Source: Tubiluchus corallicola (taxonomy: Eukaryota; Animalia; Priapulida). Taken from it: a stretch of DNA of 50,380 nucleotides. Of the stretch, positions 1 through 12,295 are shown one piece after another. The number at the start of each line of letters is the position of its first letter. The first letter of the stretch is position 1. The position numbers and the translations under genes were made by a program. The DNA lies in the NCBI GenBank assembly GCA_030141605.1, contig JAQGDQ010001274.1, positions 1-50,380 on the forward strand, given 5' to 3'. The notes under the pieces are model-generated. The model saw nothing but the letters and a program-made list of their open reading frames with translations, did no database searches and was not told the origin of the DNA.

Positions 1-338
1 ATATATAAAAAATACAACAATGATGCATTTATTGTATATTGTATGTATGTAGTTAGTACTTAATATAAACGCACAGCGTCAAACAAATTTTTCGGTGTTC
101 ATTGCGGAGTTCTCGACTAAAATGTCTTCATTAGAGCAAAACAGAGAACCGACTTTCATTACATTTGTAACGAATCTTTACAGACCCGCACACTTGCAAG
201 TATCATTTTTTAATACATATATTATCAAATATATAATTTCAGATTATTGCCAGATACGCATTCCAAACAGAGGTTGTTGATAACAATCAGACAAACTGAT
301 ATTTTTCACGCGCAAAGTTTTCTTTTAGTGAAAAATCA

Positions 339-442
339 GAAAGACTGGTAACACTTGCAGAATTGAAAGACTGGTAACACTTGCAGAATTGAAAGACTGG
401 TAACACTTGCAAAACTGAAAGACTGGTAACACTTGCAGAATT
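339..442 (+). repeat. 26-bp tandem repeat x4 in the left arm (mirror at ~9294-9397)
   Basis: GAAAGACTGGTAACACTTGCAGAATT repeated four times. Confidence 0.95.
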
Positions 443-692
443 GGAACAAAGCTGTGTTCTGACGGACACTCTCATCAAGTAGTGTCAAGCGGAAGCTGTT
501 TACGGAAAGTTAAGTACCCTGATGGCTGACCTCATTTGTTTATTTTTTTTTCTGTATCTGTGGAAACTCACTGAAGTTTTTTGTTACCAGAGTTTCAACG
601 CAGGTAAACGAATAGCCAAATCAACCATAGAAAAACTACAGCCAAACTAAATGTAATGTTCCTTATAATTGTTAGACGATTTGTTCAAAAAT

Positions 693-1189
693 ACGCGTTT
701 CTTGGACGAAATGAGCAATACTTGCCAGTGATATGACTCACATTGTAACATTAAATTTCGGATCACATATCTATACACGTTTCTTGGATGAAATGAGCAA
801 TACTGCGCCAGTGATATGACTCAAATTGTAACATTAAATTTAAGATCACATATCTATACGCGTTTCTTGGATGAAATGAGCAATACTGCGCCAGTGATAT
901 GACTCACATTGTAACATTAAATTTAAGATCACATATCTATACGCGTTTCTTGGACGAAATGAGCAATACTGTGCCAGTGATATGACTCACATTGTAACAT
1001 TAAATTTCGGATCACATATCTATACACGTTTCTTGGATGAAATGAGCAATACTGCGCCAGTGATATGACTCAAATTGTAACATTAAATTTAAGATCACAT
1101 ATCTATACGCGTTTCTTGGATGAAATGAGCAATACTGCGCCAGTGATATGACTCAAATTGTAACATTAAATTGAAGATCACATATCTAT
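693..1189 (+). repeat. 83-bp minisatellite x6 in the left arm
   Basis: Unit ACGCGTTTCTTGGAYGAAATGAGCAATACTG...GATCACATATCTAT starts at 693, 775, 858, 941, 1024 and 1107. Confidence 0.95.
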
Positions 1190-1245
1190 GGGTTTATTGC
1201 ACTCCTTGGCAGTAACGTTTCATGCTTCTAACAAATAAAGAACTA

Positions 1246-1716
1246 CAGTCAACCTTGAATATAAACGACACCTCGGGACGGGGAAAAACCGTCCCTTATA
1301 TCTGATGTCCCTTATAGCCGAAGTTGAGTCAGACCGAGGGTGCATCTAGACCTGTACTTTTACCCATATTTTTATGGATTATTGCTACACATTCAGTGGA
1401 AACGGTATGTAAGAAGCTCCCTCAGTGATGCGAGATGTATGTGAGCGCGGAAACCGAGCTGTTCGAAGGCCGAGTTTGCGAAAATTGAGGTTAAAATCGA
1501 TCAATTTCACTTTGATCATAGGGTCCCTTATATGCGAGGTAATTTACCTGGGTTTCTATTACGTGGGACCTGAAGATATCATCCCTTATATCCGAGTACC
1601 TTATATACGAAGATTTTTACATAGGAAAAACATTACGAAAAATCGGGACCGGTGTTGGTGGTCCCTTATAAGCGAGTGTCTCTTATGAGCGAGTACCTTA
1701 TACTCGAGGTTGAGTG
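1246..1716 (+). mobile_element. Tc1/mariner-pogo-type MITE (471 bp) in the left arm
   Basis: TA-CAGTCAACCTTGAATATAA...TTATACTCGAGGTTGAGTG-TA: imperfect TIRs, TA target duplication, repeated subterminal GTCCCTTATA motifs. Confidence 0.8.
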
Positions 1717-2567
1717 TATTTCGTTTTTATTTCTGTTTAGGTTATGATCTTCTGTGACTCAGGCAATCCAGCCAAAATGTACCAAATGAATTTCCGTACT
1801 GTGTTTATAACATCGTTTGGTTCTTTTGTGTGTCACTTTAGAATTTATTTATACACATTATACAACGACATGTATAAGTAACAAATTTGTAAATGCTATT
1901 TTCAAACAAACGCTCAAATCTCACTGTAGTATTGGAATTTAATTTTTATCAAAAATGAGGGAATGTTCAACGTATTGGTATGGAAAATACAGACTTTGAA
2001 GACTATCGTTTGTGTTCATAATTAAATAGATTTACAAGCTATTTAGTTAATGTTATGTGTTAACTTTATACATGTTTAAAAAATATAAAACAGTTATTGT
2101 TTTGCCAAATGTATAAAACGATGGTATGATATTTTGTAAATAGAAATAGCAACGTATCAATTTAAATGATATTTTAACCCAATGCGCCTTCAAGTTGTTA
2201 GCACAATTTATTCGTTGTTAAAATTGTTAACTGAGAGCAGATTCAAATATTTGAAAGGTTTTCAAAGTAAAACTGAAAGGATAAACTAAAAAAACATTTC
2301 TGAAGATTTAAAAAGAAATAGTGTGTTTAGAGAATTTAGAATTTTTAGAATTTATTGCTAGATTTACCATGAGCATACAATGAAAATTTTTACAGAAAGC
2401 ATTAAATTAACACAAATTTCACAAAGAAAACAACATTAATATATAATTCTTATTGAGACTACTGATATACCCCTGGACAACACCAGGAAGAAGATCTTGT
2501 GTTGGTGCTGCCCAGATTAATGGTAAATTTGAAATTTCGAGAAATAAAACAAAAGTGCATTAAATGA

Positions 2568-2678
2568 TCTCTCTCACACTTATTCACTCTCTCTCACACA
2601 CACACACACACACACCCTCACACACTCACTCGCTCACACACACACACACATACCCTTACACACTCACTCACTCACTCA

Positions 2679-2739
<61 letters not shown>

Positions 2740-2756
2740 ATGCACACTCACACACT
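2568..2756. repeat. (CA)n/(CACT)n microsatellite (mirror (TG)n at ~6756-6918)
   Basis: Direct reading. Confidence 0.95.
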
Positions 2757-3019
2757 TTCTTCTAGAATGAGGACATGGTGCAAAAGGTAGAAATTCAGCA
2801 TGTTGATGAGGAATACATGAATGACTAATGTTAGTACAATGATGTTATGACGACAATTAAGTCATGATAATACTTCCAAAGCATAAATATAGCCAAAATA
2901 AGAATAAAATAAAAAGAGGCACAATTGATTGTCAATTATATTATATAGTTTTATAAGGTGAACTGACAGTTGTGAGTATCTGCATGTACATGCTGTAAAG
3001 TAATGTTGGTATATACATT

Positions 3020-3440
3020 ATACATCCACACATTCAACGTGACATTCGGAATATGTGGCAAATATGTATGATTTGAGATTTTTCTTTAGTTTATGAATTG
3101 ACACAGAAGTTTTGATGTATTCAGGTAATTTATTCCAAGTTATAGGGCCATTAGTGGAAATAAAGTGTTTAACAACATTAGTTCTTGAAAATTTAATAGT
3201 GTATTGAATGTACCTAGTGTTATTCCATTTTATATTAAGTTTAGCTGGATTATTGAAAAAGTTTGGAAATAACTTGAAATGAGTCTTATGTATATATATA
3301 TAGAGGTACAGTAATACAACAGATCTTCTAACCTAAAAATTTTACTATCAAGGTAATGAGCTTTAGTGACTGTTATACGTTTAGATAACTTATGAACAAT
3401 ACGAGGAAAAATTCTTTGCAGTCTTTGAAGTTTTAGCAAA
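3020..3440 (-). mobile_element. 5'-truncated non-LTR retrotransposon (CR1/L2-like ORF2 C-terminus), left-arm copy
   Basis: LQRLQRIFPRIVHKL...SKIFRLEDLLYY followed by the mirror of the RTN...GPITWNKLP motif; frameshifted. Confidence 0.7.
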
Positions 3441-4187
3441 TTTCAAAGAAAATTTCTTGCATTTATTTGCACCCAATGTGAGAGCCTTCAGTCATGTCTT
3501 GGCTAACAGAATGCTCACAGGTATCCCAGGCAGCCTAGGCACTGCTGAGAAGTTATAGGCAGAGTGAAATGGTACAAGCAATTCAAGCATGATATAATAA
3601 TTAGATCTACAAATCTTAAGAAGTAAAATTATCCAATAAAATGGCAAAATATCTTGACGAATGCAATCAGTAAGAAAAGAACCAACATCTAGTGATACTG
3701 TACCTTGATCAGCACAAAATCCTAGTTACTGTAAATTTTCTTACAATTATTTACACAAAACAAGCCATCTTACTTGCGTTATAGACTCAACCTGTATAAG
3801 CCTATATAACTGTATGAAAGTGGGACAAAATTCTGTTTATTATAGGGTTATAATATAGAAGCAGAAAATGCAGAGTATAAAAGCTACCAGTGAAATCAGT
3901 CTCATCTGCACAGGTTACTGAAATCTTTGACAATATCCAAGTACACTATCTTTACGGAAGCCATCTTTTCTAAAGAGCAGAAAGAAAGAATTTTATCAAA
4001 GTAAATACACGTGGAAAAAACTATCTGGCTGTTCACGGAAATCGTCAAAGACTAACATTCACTCTGATACCGAATTAAGAAATGTTTGTACATGTATTTT
4101 CCTTTATCATGTTTAAAGAATGGAAGAAATGACCAGTTTAAAGTGGTTCATTAATGATATAACAAACAGGGTTTGCTATTACTTTAA

Positions 4188-4736
4188 AGGAAGACCAGAC
4201 GATTGTTTAGACTCAAGCTGATTTTAATTTACTGTCCAAAATATACATTCTCTTGCCTATAAAAGTTAACAATTGTTCCTTATATTTGAATAATTAGCTT
4301 AGAAGGTTAATTAACGACAACTGAACACAGCTATTGCTTACGTCACAAATTAACCACAGTTTGTACAATGGCAGGCGTCTTTCCTTGCGCATCAAACACA
4401 TTTGCATAAGTGTTATAGTACTGTTTAAATGCATGATGTCACGAAAAATGGGCTCCACATCATATGACGTCAGAAACTAACACTGCAGTTCATGATCATG
4501 CTTATCACGGTACCGTCTTCTATTTGTCGACCACACGAATGTGACAAAAAGATGCCGCTGCCAATCTTAGTAGATTCACTGAGTCACGCGTCGCTTTGAA
4601 AGTTTAACGAAATTTGAGTATCCAAGGTAATTATTATTTAATCTAAGCTTTGATTTAAAAAACGTTATTGTAGTTTTCAATATTTTCGAACATTCTTTAT
4701 TCTCAACTAATGTTTACACAATCATCTGGTTTTCCT
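4188..4736 (+). mobile_element. Non-autonomous Kolobok-like DNA transposon, copy 1 (in the fold-back spacer)
   Basis: TTAA-AGGAAGACCAGACGATTGTTTAGAC...GTTTACACAATCATCTGGTTTTCCT-TTAA. TTAA TSD with AGG...CCT termini; three more copies in the window. Confidence 0.8.
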
Positions 4737-5251
4737 TTAAAGATTTTAAGAATTTTGGAGAAACATCATCATTCCCACAGCTAGTTTCAGACCTCTCACG
4801 AAGGTAGTCAATGATCTTTACTAATCTTCATTAGCAGGTTTAAAAACATGGATACAGTTCTTCCTGGCAGTTTGTGCAGAAATTGCAAATAACTTTTATC
4901 GTGAAAATATAGGGCGCCTACATACTGATGGCCAGTGTGCAAACACTTAGATGATAACAAGAGAACAGCTTGTCCTGTTGCCTTCAGAAGTATACTCACT
5001 CATATACACACTCATACTCATACATACAAATATACATACTCATTCAGTCCACAGACACAGAAAACAAAGATACGTCAGACTAGAGTTGATGCGGTCCTTT
5101 AGGTCTGGGGCAATGAGTGAGCATAGATTAGAACATTGGACGACATATTAACACACGGTTACATTTACCTACGAGGTTTACTCACTTTATTGTTTGACAT
5201 TGGGTAGCTTCAATCAATGCGGCACTTGGCACTAATTGCAAACGAGGTCAC

Positions 5252-5470
5252 GTGTGTGAAGTTTGTAATGCAAGAGCAATGCATGTGATGTATATGTGCC
5301 TGTCATAGACTTAAAATGCCATGTGACACACACACCCGATGGCGTGCGGCACGTTTGTAAGTTGTGTGTGAAGTTTGTAATGCAAGAGCAATGCATGTGA
5401 TGTATGTGTGCCTGTCAAACACTTAAAATGCCATGTGACACACACACCTGATGGTGTGTGGCACGTCTGC
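5252..5470 (+). repeat. ~112-bp tandem duplication in the spacer
   Basis: GTGTGTGAAGTTTGTAATGCAAGAGCAATGCATGTGATG... at 5252 and ~5364. Confidence 0.9.
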
Positions 5471-6049
5471 AATGCTGTCTAGTAAACTGCTTGGAACTGA
5501 TGTAGTCAATCTTCAGATCTTTTACTCATGTTGTTCCACTGTATCTTTTATCGCTGTTTTTACATGGTAAGTTCATAGTGCTTTCAATATCTCTCTTCAT
5601 TGGTTCTGAAAGATTGCTAGTTGAATTACTCATTTTTACCATGGATTTTTCTAGAAGCAAGACAACTGTTATCAACCCAATTCTTCTTTGTGCTTCTTAT
5701 CCAGGTGATTTTTTAACCAGATAATTATTTTCCAGTTAATTACAACCTCACTTGTTTTAAGAAGAGCATTATCAGATGCCACACTTTCCTAGCAAATTAA
5801 GTTATCAAAATTCTAATACTCTGGTCCAAAATTCATAATTTCCTTTACAAATCTAGTGGTAATTTTCCTGGTTTCGGATGGTCTATATACAAAGATTTGC
5901 ATTGTACCGTTTCACTCTGCCTATAACTTCTCAGCAGTGCCTAGGCTGCCTGGGATACCTGTGAGCATTCTGTTAGCCAAGACATGACTGAAGGCCCTCA
6001 CATTGGGTACACAGAAATACGAAGAAATTTTCTTTGTAGTCTTTGAAAT

Positions 6050-6500
6050 TTGTTAAAACTTCAAAGACAATTTCAAATTTCAAAGACTGCAAAGAATTTT
6101 TCCTCGTATTGTTCATAAATTACCTAAACGTATAACAGTCACTAAAGCTCATTACCTTGATAGTAAAATTTTTAGGTTAGAAGATCTGTTGTATTACTGT
6201 ACCTGTATATATATATATATACATAAGACTCATTTCAAGTTATTTCCAAACTTTTTCAATAATCGAGCTAAACTTAATATAAAACTGAATAACACCAGGT
6301 ACATCGAATACACTATTAAATTTTCAAGAACTAATGTTGGTAAACACTTTATTTCCACTAATGGCCCTATAACTTGGAATAAATTACCTGAATACATCAA
6401 AACTTCTGTGTCAATTCATAAACTAAAGAAAAATCTCAAATCATACATATTTGCCACATATTCCGAATGTCACGTTGAATGTGTGGATGTATAATGTATA
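6050..6500 (+). mobile_element. 5'-truncated non-LTR retrotransposon (CR1/L2-like ORF2 C-terminus), right-arm copy
   Basis: ORF 6189-6494 contains RTNVGKHFISTNGPITWNKLPEYIKTSVSIHKLKKNLKSY, the GP-x-WN-x-LP...K-x-x-LK tail typical of CR1/L2-group ORF2. Confidence 0.75.
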
Positions 6501-6771
6501 TACCAACATTACTTACAGCATGTACATGCAAATACTCACAACTGTCAATTCACCTTATAAAACTATATAATATAATTGACAATCAATTGTGCCTCTTTTT
6601 ATTTTATTCTTATTTTGGCTATATTTATGCTTTGGAAGTATTATCATGACTTAATTGTCGTCATAACATCATCGTACTAACATGTGTCATTCATGTATTC
6701 CTCATCAACATGCTGAATTTCTACCTTTTGCACCATGTCCTCATTCTAGTTTAAAGTGTGTGTGTGTGCAT

Positions 6772-6820
<49 letters not shown>

Positions 6821-7769
6821 CGAGTGAGTGTGTGAGGGTGTGTGTGTGTGTGTGTGAGGGTGGTGTGTGGGGTGTGTGTGTGTGTGTGTGTGAGAGAGGT
6901 GAATGAGTGTGAGAGAGATCATTTAATGCACTTTTGTTTTATTTCTCGAAATTTCAAATTTACCATTAATCTGGGCAGCACCAACACAAGATCTTCTTCC
7001 TGGTGTTGTCCAGGGGTATATCAGTAGTCTCAATAAGAATTATATATTAATGTTGTTTTCTTTGTGAAATTTGTGTTAATTTAATGCTTTCTGTAAAAAT
7101 TTTCATTGTATGCTCATGGTAAATCTAGCAATAAATTCTAAAAATTCTAAATTCTCTAAACACACTATTTCTTTTTAAATCTTCAGAAATGTTTTTTTAG
7201 TTTATCCTTTCAGTTTTACTTTGAAAACCTTTCAAATATTTGAATCTGCTCTCAGTTAAGAATTTTAACAACGAATAAATTGTGGTAACAATTTGAAGGC
7301 GCATTGGGTTAAAATATCATTTAAATTGATACGTTGCTATTTCTATTTACAAAATATCATACCATCGTTTTATACATTTGGCAAAACAATAACTGTTTTA
7401 TATTTTTTAAACATGTATAAAGTTAACACATAACATTAACTAAATAGCTTGTAAATCTATTTAATTATGAACACAAGCGATAGTCTTAAAAGTCTGTATT
7501 TTCCATACCAATACGTTGAACATTCCCTCATTTTTGATAAAAATTAAATTCCAATACTACAGTGAGATTTGAGCGTTTGTTTGAAAATAGCATTTACAAA
7601 TTTGTTACTTGTACATGTCGTTGTATAATGTGTATAAATAAATTCTAAAGTGACACACAAAAGAACCAAACGATGTTATAAACACAGTACGGAAATTCAT
7701 TTGGTACATTTTGGCTGGATTGCCTGAGTCACAGAAGATCATAACCTAAACAGAAATAAAAACGAAATA

Positions 7770-8240
7770 CACTCAACCTCGAGTATAAGGTACTCGCTCA
7801 TAAGAGACACTCGCTTATAAGGGACCACCAACACCGGTCCCGATTTTTCGTAATGTTTTTCCTATGTAAAAATCTTCGTATATAAGGTACTCGGATATAA
7901 GGGATGATATCTTCAGGTCCCACGTAATAGAAACCCAGGTAAATTACCTCGCATATAAGGGACCCTATGATCAAAGTGAAATTGATCGATTTTAACCTCA
8001 ATTTTCGCAAACTCGGCCTTCGAACAGCTCGGTTTCCGCGCTCACATACATCTCGCATCACTGAGGGAGCTTCTTACATACCGTTTCCACTGAATGTGTA
8101 GCAATAATCCATAAAAATATGGGTAAAAGTACAGGTCTAGATGCACCCTCGGTCTGACTCAACTTCGGCTATAAGGGACATCAGATATAAGGGACGGTTT
8201 TTCCCCGTCCCGAGGTGTCGTTTATATTCAAGGTTGACTG
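7770..8240 (-). mobile_element. Tc1/mariner-pogo-type MITE, right-arm mirror copy
   Basis: Reverse complement of 1246-1716, same 471-bp length, TA flanks. Confidence 0.8.
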
Positions 8241-8296
8241 TAGTTCTTTATTTGTTAGAAGCATGAAACGTTACTGCCAAGGAGTGCAATAAACCC

Positions 8297-9044
8297 ATAG
8301 ATATGTGATCTTCGATTTAATGTTACAATTTGAGTCATATCACTGGCGCAGTATTGTTCATTTCATCCAAGAAACGCGTATAGATATGTGATCTTAAATT
8401 TAATGTTACAATTTGAGTCATATCACTGGCGCAGTATTGCTCATTTCATCCAAGAAACGTGTATAGATATGTGATCCGAAATTTAATGTTACAATGTGAG
8501 TCATATCACTGGCACAGTATTGCTCATTTCGTCCAAGAAACGCGTATAGATATGTGATCTTAAATTTAATGTTACAATGTGAGTCATATCACTGGCGCAG
8601 TATTGCTCATTTCATCCAAGAAACGCGTATAGATATGTGATCTTAAATTTAATGTTACAATTTGAGTCATATCACTGGCGCAGTATTGCTCATTTCATCC
8701 AAGAAACGTGTATAGATATGTGATCCGAAATTTAATGTTACAATGTGAGTCATATCACTGGCACAGTATTGCTCATTTCGTCCAAGAAACGCGTATAGAT
8801 ATGTGATCTTAAATTTAATGTTACAATGTGAGTCATATCACTGGCGCAGTATTGCTCATTTCATCCAAGAAACGCGTATAGATATGTGATCTTAAATTTA
8901 ATGTTACAATTTGAGTCATATCACTGGCGCAGTATTGCTCATTTAATCCAAGAAACGCGTATAGATATGTGATCTTAAATTTAATGTTACAATTTGAGTC
9001 ATATCACTGGCGCAGTATTGCTCATTTAATCCTAGAAACGCGTA
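8297..9044 (-). repeat. 83-bp minisatellite x9 in the right arm
   Basis: Reverse complement of the 693-1189 unit; ~748 bp equals 9 units. Confidence 0.95.
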
Positions 9045-9722
9045 TTTTTGAACAAATCGTCTAACAATTATAAGGAACATTACATTTAGTTTGGCTGTAG
9101 TTTTTCTATGGTTGATTTGGCTATTCGTTTACCTGCGTTGAAACTCTGGTAACAAAAAACTTCAGTGAGTTTCCACAGATACAGAAAAAAAAATAAACAA
9201 ATGAGGTCAGCCATCAGGGTACTTAACTTTCCGTAAACAGCTTCCGCTTGACACTACTTGATGAGAGTGTCCGTCAGAACACAGCTTTGTTCCAATTCTG
9301 CAAGTGTTACCAGTCTTTCAGTTTTGCAAGTGTTACCAGTCTTTCAATTCTGCAAGTGTTACCAGTCTTTCAATTCTGCAAGTGTTACCAGTCTTTCTGA
9401 TTTTTCACTAAAAGAAAACTTTGCGCGTGAAAAATATCAGTTTGTCTGATTGTTATCCAACAACCTCTGTTTGGAATGCGTATCTGGCAATAATCTGAAA
9501 TTATATATTTGATAATATATGTATTAAAAAATGATACTTGCAAGTGTGCGGGTCTGTAAAGATTCGTTACAAATGTAATGAAAGTCGGTTCTCTGTTTTG
9601 CTCTAATGAAGACATTTTAGTCGAGAACTCCGCAATGAACACCGAAAAATTTGTTTGACGCTGTGCGTTTATATTAAGTACTAACTACATACATACAATA
9701 TACAATAAATGCATCATTGTTG

Positions 9723-9728
<6 letters not shown>

Positions 9729-9793
<65 letters not shown>

Positions 9794-9860
9794 ATATGTG
9801 TGTGTGTGTGTGCGTGTGTGCACGCACGTGTGCGTGTGCATATGTGTGTGCGTGCGCGTG
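9729..9860. repeat. (TA)n followed by (TG)n/(TGCG)n microsatellite
   Basis: Direct reading. Confidence 0.95.
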
Positions 9861-10654
9861 TAAAAGTGAAATCTTTAGGTAAACTTTCCAACAAAAAACT
9901 CATTAGTTTGAGTTTCACTCATCTCTGAATTAGCACACTGCCATCTGTTCTCATACATTGGCAGCATTCTCTTTCCCACTTTTTCACTTTTGTTTCTGGT
10001 TTCCAAATTTAATGACCCAATGAAAACGCCTGGAAGTTACATGTATGAAGCTCTAAACATGCAATGCGACCTAAAAACGCCCAGCACTCGACTATTAAGC
10101 CCTGATGCGGGCAACAGCGGAAGCAAGTGTTTGGTTTTTCAACACATGTTCTATATGTCAGATGAAGTTCATCTTGTGTTGAGACTGTAGGAAAGCGTGA
10201 GGAAGCCCTCTGTATGTTGTACATGACCTACTGTTACGTGGCTTCAACAGTGAAGCTGCACAAGTGCACACGTGTCTAAGTTATGGCATCCTAAAAATTT
10301 TCGTGATTAATGTAGATTACATCCAACTGCTTCCTGCTAAATGTCGACCGAGTTACCCTTAATGCAGCATCATCTGGACAATTGCACATGTCCGTATAAT
10401 CATGCTGCTAAGTAATTAAATGAGTACAATTTATTCATGCTGTTTGCATCAGAGAGACTCAGCTGGTTCGTTAAATACATATAAGCTCTCAATTCGGTAG
10501 AATAAAGTGCCTTTCAGTTACAAGTTGGACAAGAATAATATGAGGGCACTTCTTTAATAGTTTCCTCTCGTGGACACTAATGAGATAGGGGACTTCTTTA
10601 AGGAGAGTAGAATAATCTCATGCACAACAATGGTACGACAACACTTATTTAGTG

Positions 10655-12295
10655 TGCGCGCATGGATGACTTCTTTGATGTGAATGGAAGTATCAGATGT
10701 GCAACATTGATGTGCGAGCACAGTAATTAGTGTGATCACATTGCAACATCTTTAGTATCATATTTTCATTCACAACAATGATATGGGAGCGCTTATTTAA
10801 TGTGGTCATATCTATATCCATCCATCTGTCTATCTATCCATCCATCCATCCATCCATCCATCCATCCATCCATCCATCCATTGATCCATCCATTCGTCCG
10901 CCCATCCATCCGTCCGTCCGTCCGTCCATCCATCCAACCATCCATCCATCCATCCATCCATCCATCCATCAGTCAATCAATCAATCCATCCATATATATA
11001 AGGGTTTCTTTAATGCAATGTTCTCATGCAGAGCAATGATATGGGAGCATTTATTTAGTGTGACCAATGTGACCATTATAATGCAGACTTCTTTAATGTT
11101 ATTGTCACATGTGTGCACAACATTGACTTGGGGGCATTTATTTGAAATTTGTGATCATTAATATCGGGGGTCTTTTTAAATGCAATTTTCTCATGCACAA
11201 CAGTGATACGTGGCACTTGGGGGACTTCTTTAAGGTGATATGCTCATGTGATATGAGAGCGCTTATTTAGTGTGACCAATGACCAATGACCGGTATGGGA
11301 AGCTTCCTTAATGCAATCTTCTGATGGCACTAGAGTGACACGCGGACGCTTTTTATGGATTTGGAAGATTTTTATAACCGCAATTTGTATATAATTGTGA
11401 ACATATCAGCTAAATTGCACAATTTGCCGTGAAGTAAATTAATGTGGATTTACAGATATTTATTTTTACTTGTGAAAGGCAAATAAACAAACATTGTCCT
11501 TTTGAATTTGGGAAGATGAAGTCATTCAGATCTCTGCTGGTCGTCAAGTAATTCATTTGACAGAGCACTCGAGGACTAATGTAAGTTATTTAACAAAGTA
11601 ATGCAAGGAAACCTTAGGGATTAACATAGCTTTGCCATTATCCACTTGTAAACACAGCATGCGAGTTCTGAATTTCGAAAAATTGAAGCCCAGCTGCATG
11701 AGTTGCAAGTGTAAAAATAACTAACAGCTTTAAAACAGGAAACAATAACAAGCCAATGAACTTGAAAATGTGACAAGACACCGCCGTTAGATTATGTAAA
11801 ATGGCCGCACTACGTGAAAGAGGTTTCAACGTCAATGTTGTGCACACACGAGACGATAATATTATAAAGAAGTCTACCATATAATGATCACATTGGTCAC
11901 ATACCATTGGTCACACTAAATAAATGTTCCCATGTCATTGTCGTGCTGTACATGAGAAGTTGCCGTATCATCGCACTGAATAAGTGTTTCCATATCATTG
12001 CTATGCATGAGAATATCGCATCAAAGAAGCCCTTACATATATATTTATGTAATAAATAATATATCATATATATATATATATATATATTTATATGGATTGA
12101 TGGATGGATAGATAGATAGACAGATGGATGGATATAAATATGATCACACCTGATAAACGCTCTCATATCATTGTTATGAATGAAAAGATGATACTAAAGA
12201 TGTTGCAATATGATCACACTAATTGCTGTGCTCCCACATCAATGTTGCACATCTGACACTTCCATTCCCATCAAAGAAGTCCTCCATACGCGGAC
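10655..12295. repeat. Diverged inverted repeat pair (~10655-11130 vs ~11830-12295) of degenerate repeat units with an internal (CCAT)n/(ATGG)n tract
   Basis: GACTTCTTTGATGTGAATGGAAGTATCAGATGTGCAACATTGATGTG (10668) vs CACATCAATGTTGCACATCTGACACTTCCATTCCCATCAAAGAAGTC (~12235). GTGTGCACAACATTGAC (~11111) vs GTCAATGTTGTGCACAC (11831). Confidence 0.85.

Larger units (their letters stand above)
7..9728. mobile_element. Giant fold-back (long-TIR) element: inverted arms ~7-3581 and ~5897-9728 around a ~2.3 kb spacer, flanked by (TA)n
   Basis: The start AAAATACAACAATGATGCATTT is the reverse complement of AAATGCATCATTGTTGTATTTT at 9707-9728. Mirrored ORFs (287-478/9258-9449, 1425-1688/7798-8061) have identical translations. 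Arm homology ends at ...GAGTGAAATGGTACAA (3577) / TTGTACCGTTTCACTC (5902). No transposase found. Confidence 0.85.

Noticed and set aside
95-1688. Short mirrored ORFs in the fold-back arms as element-encoded proteins
   Set aside because: No recognisable domains; they overlap tandem repeats or a MITE, and one differs between arms by a frameshift.
7-9728. Giant inverted repeat as a pure sequencing/assembly fold-back artefact
   Set aside because: Arms differ in array copy number, microsatellite structure and graded substitutions, and enclose a unique 2.3-kb spacer. Not fully excluded without reads.
7-9728. Polinton/Maverick or other self-synthesising element
   Set aside because: No pPolB, integrase, ATPase or capsid ORFs and no 6-bp TSD.
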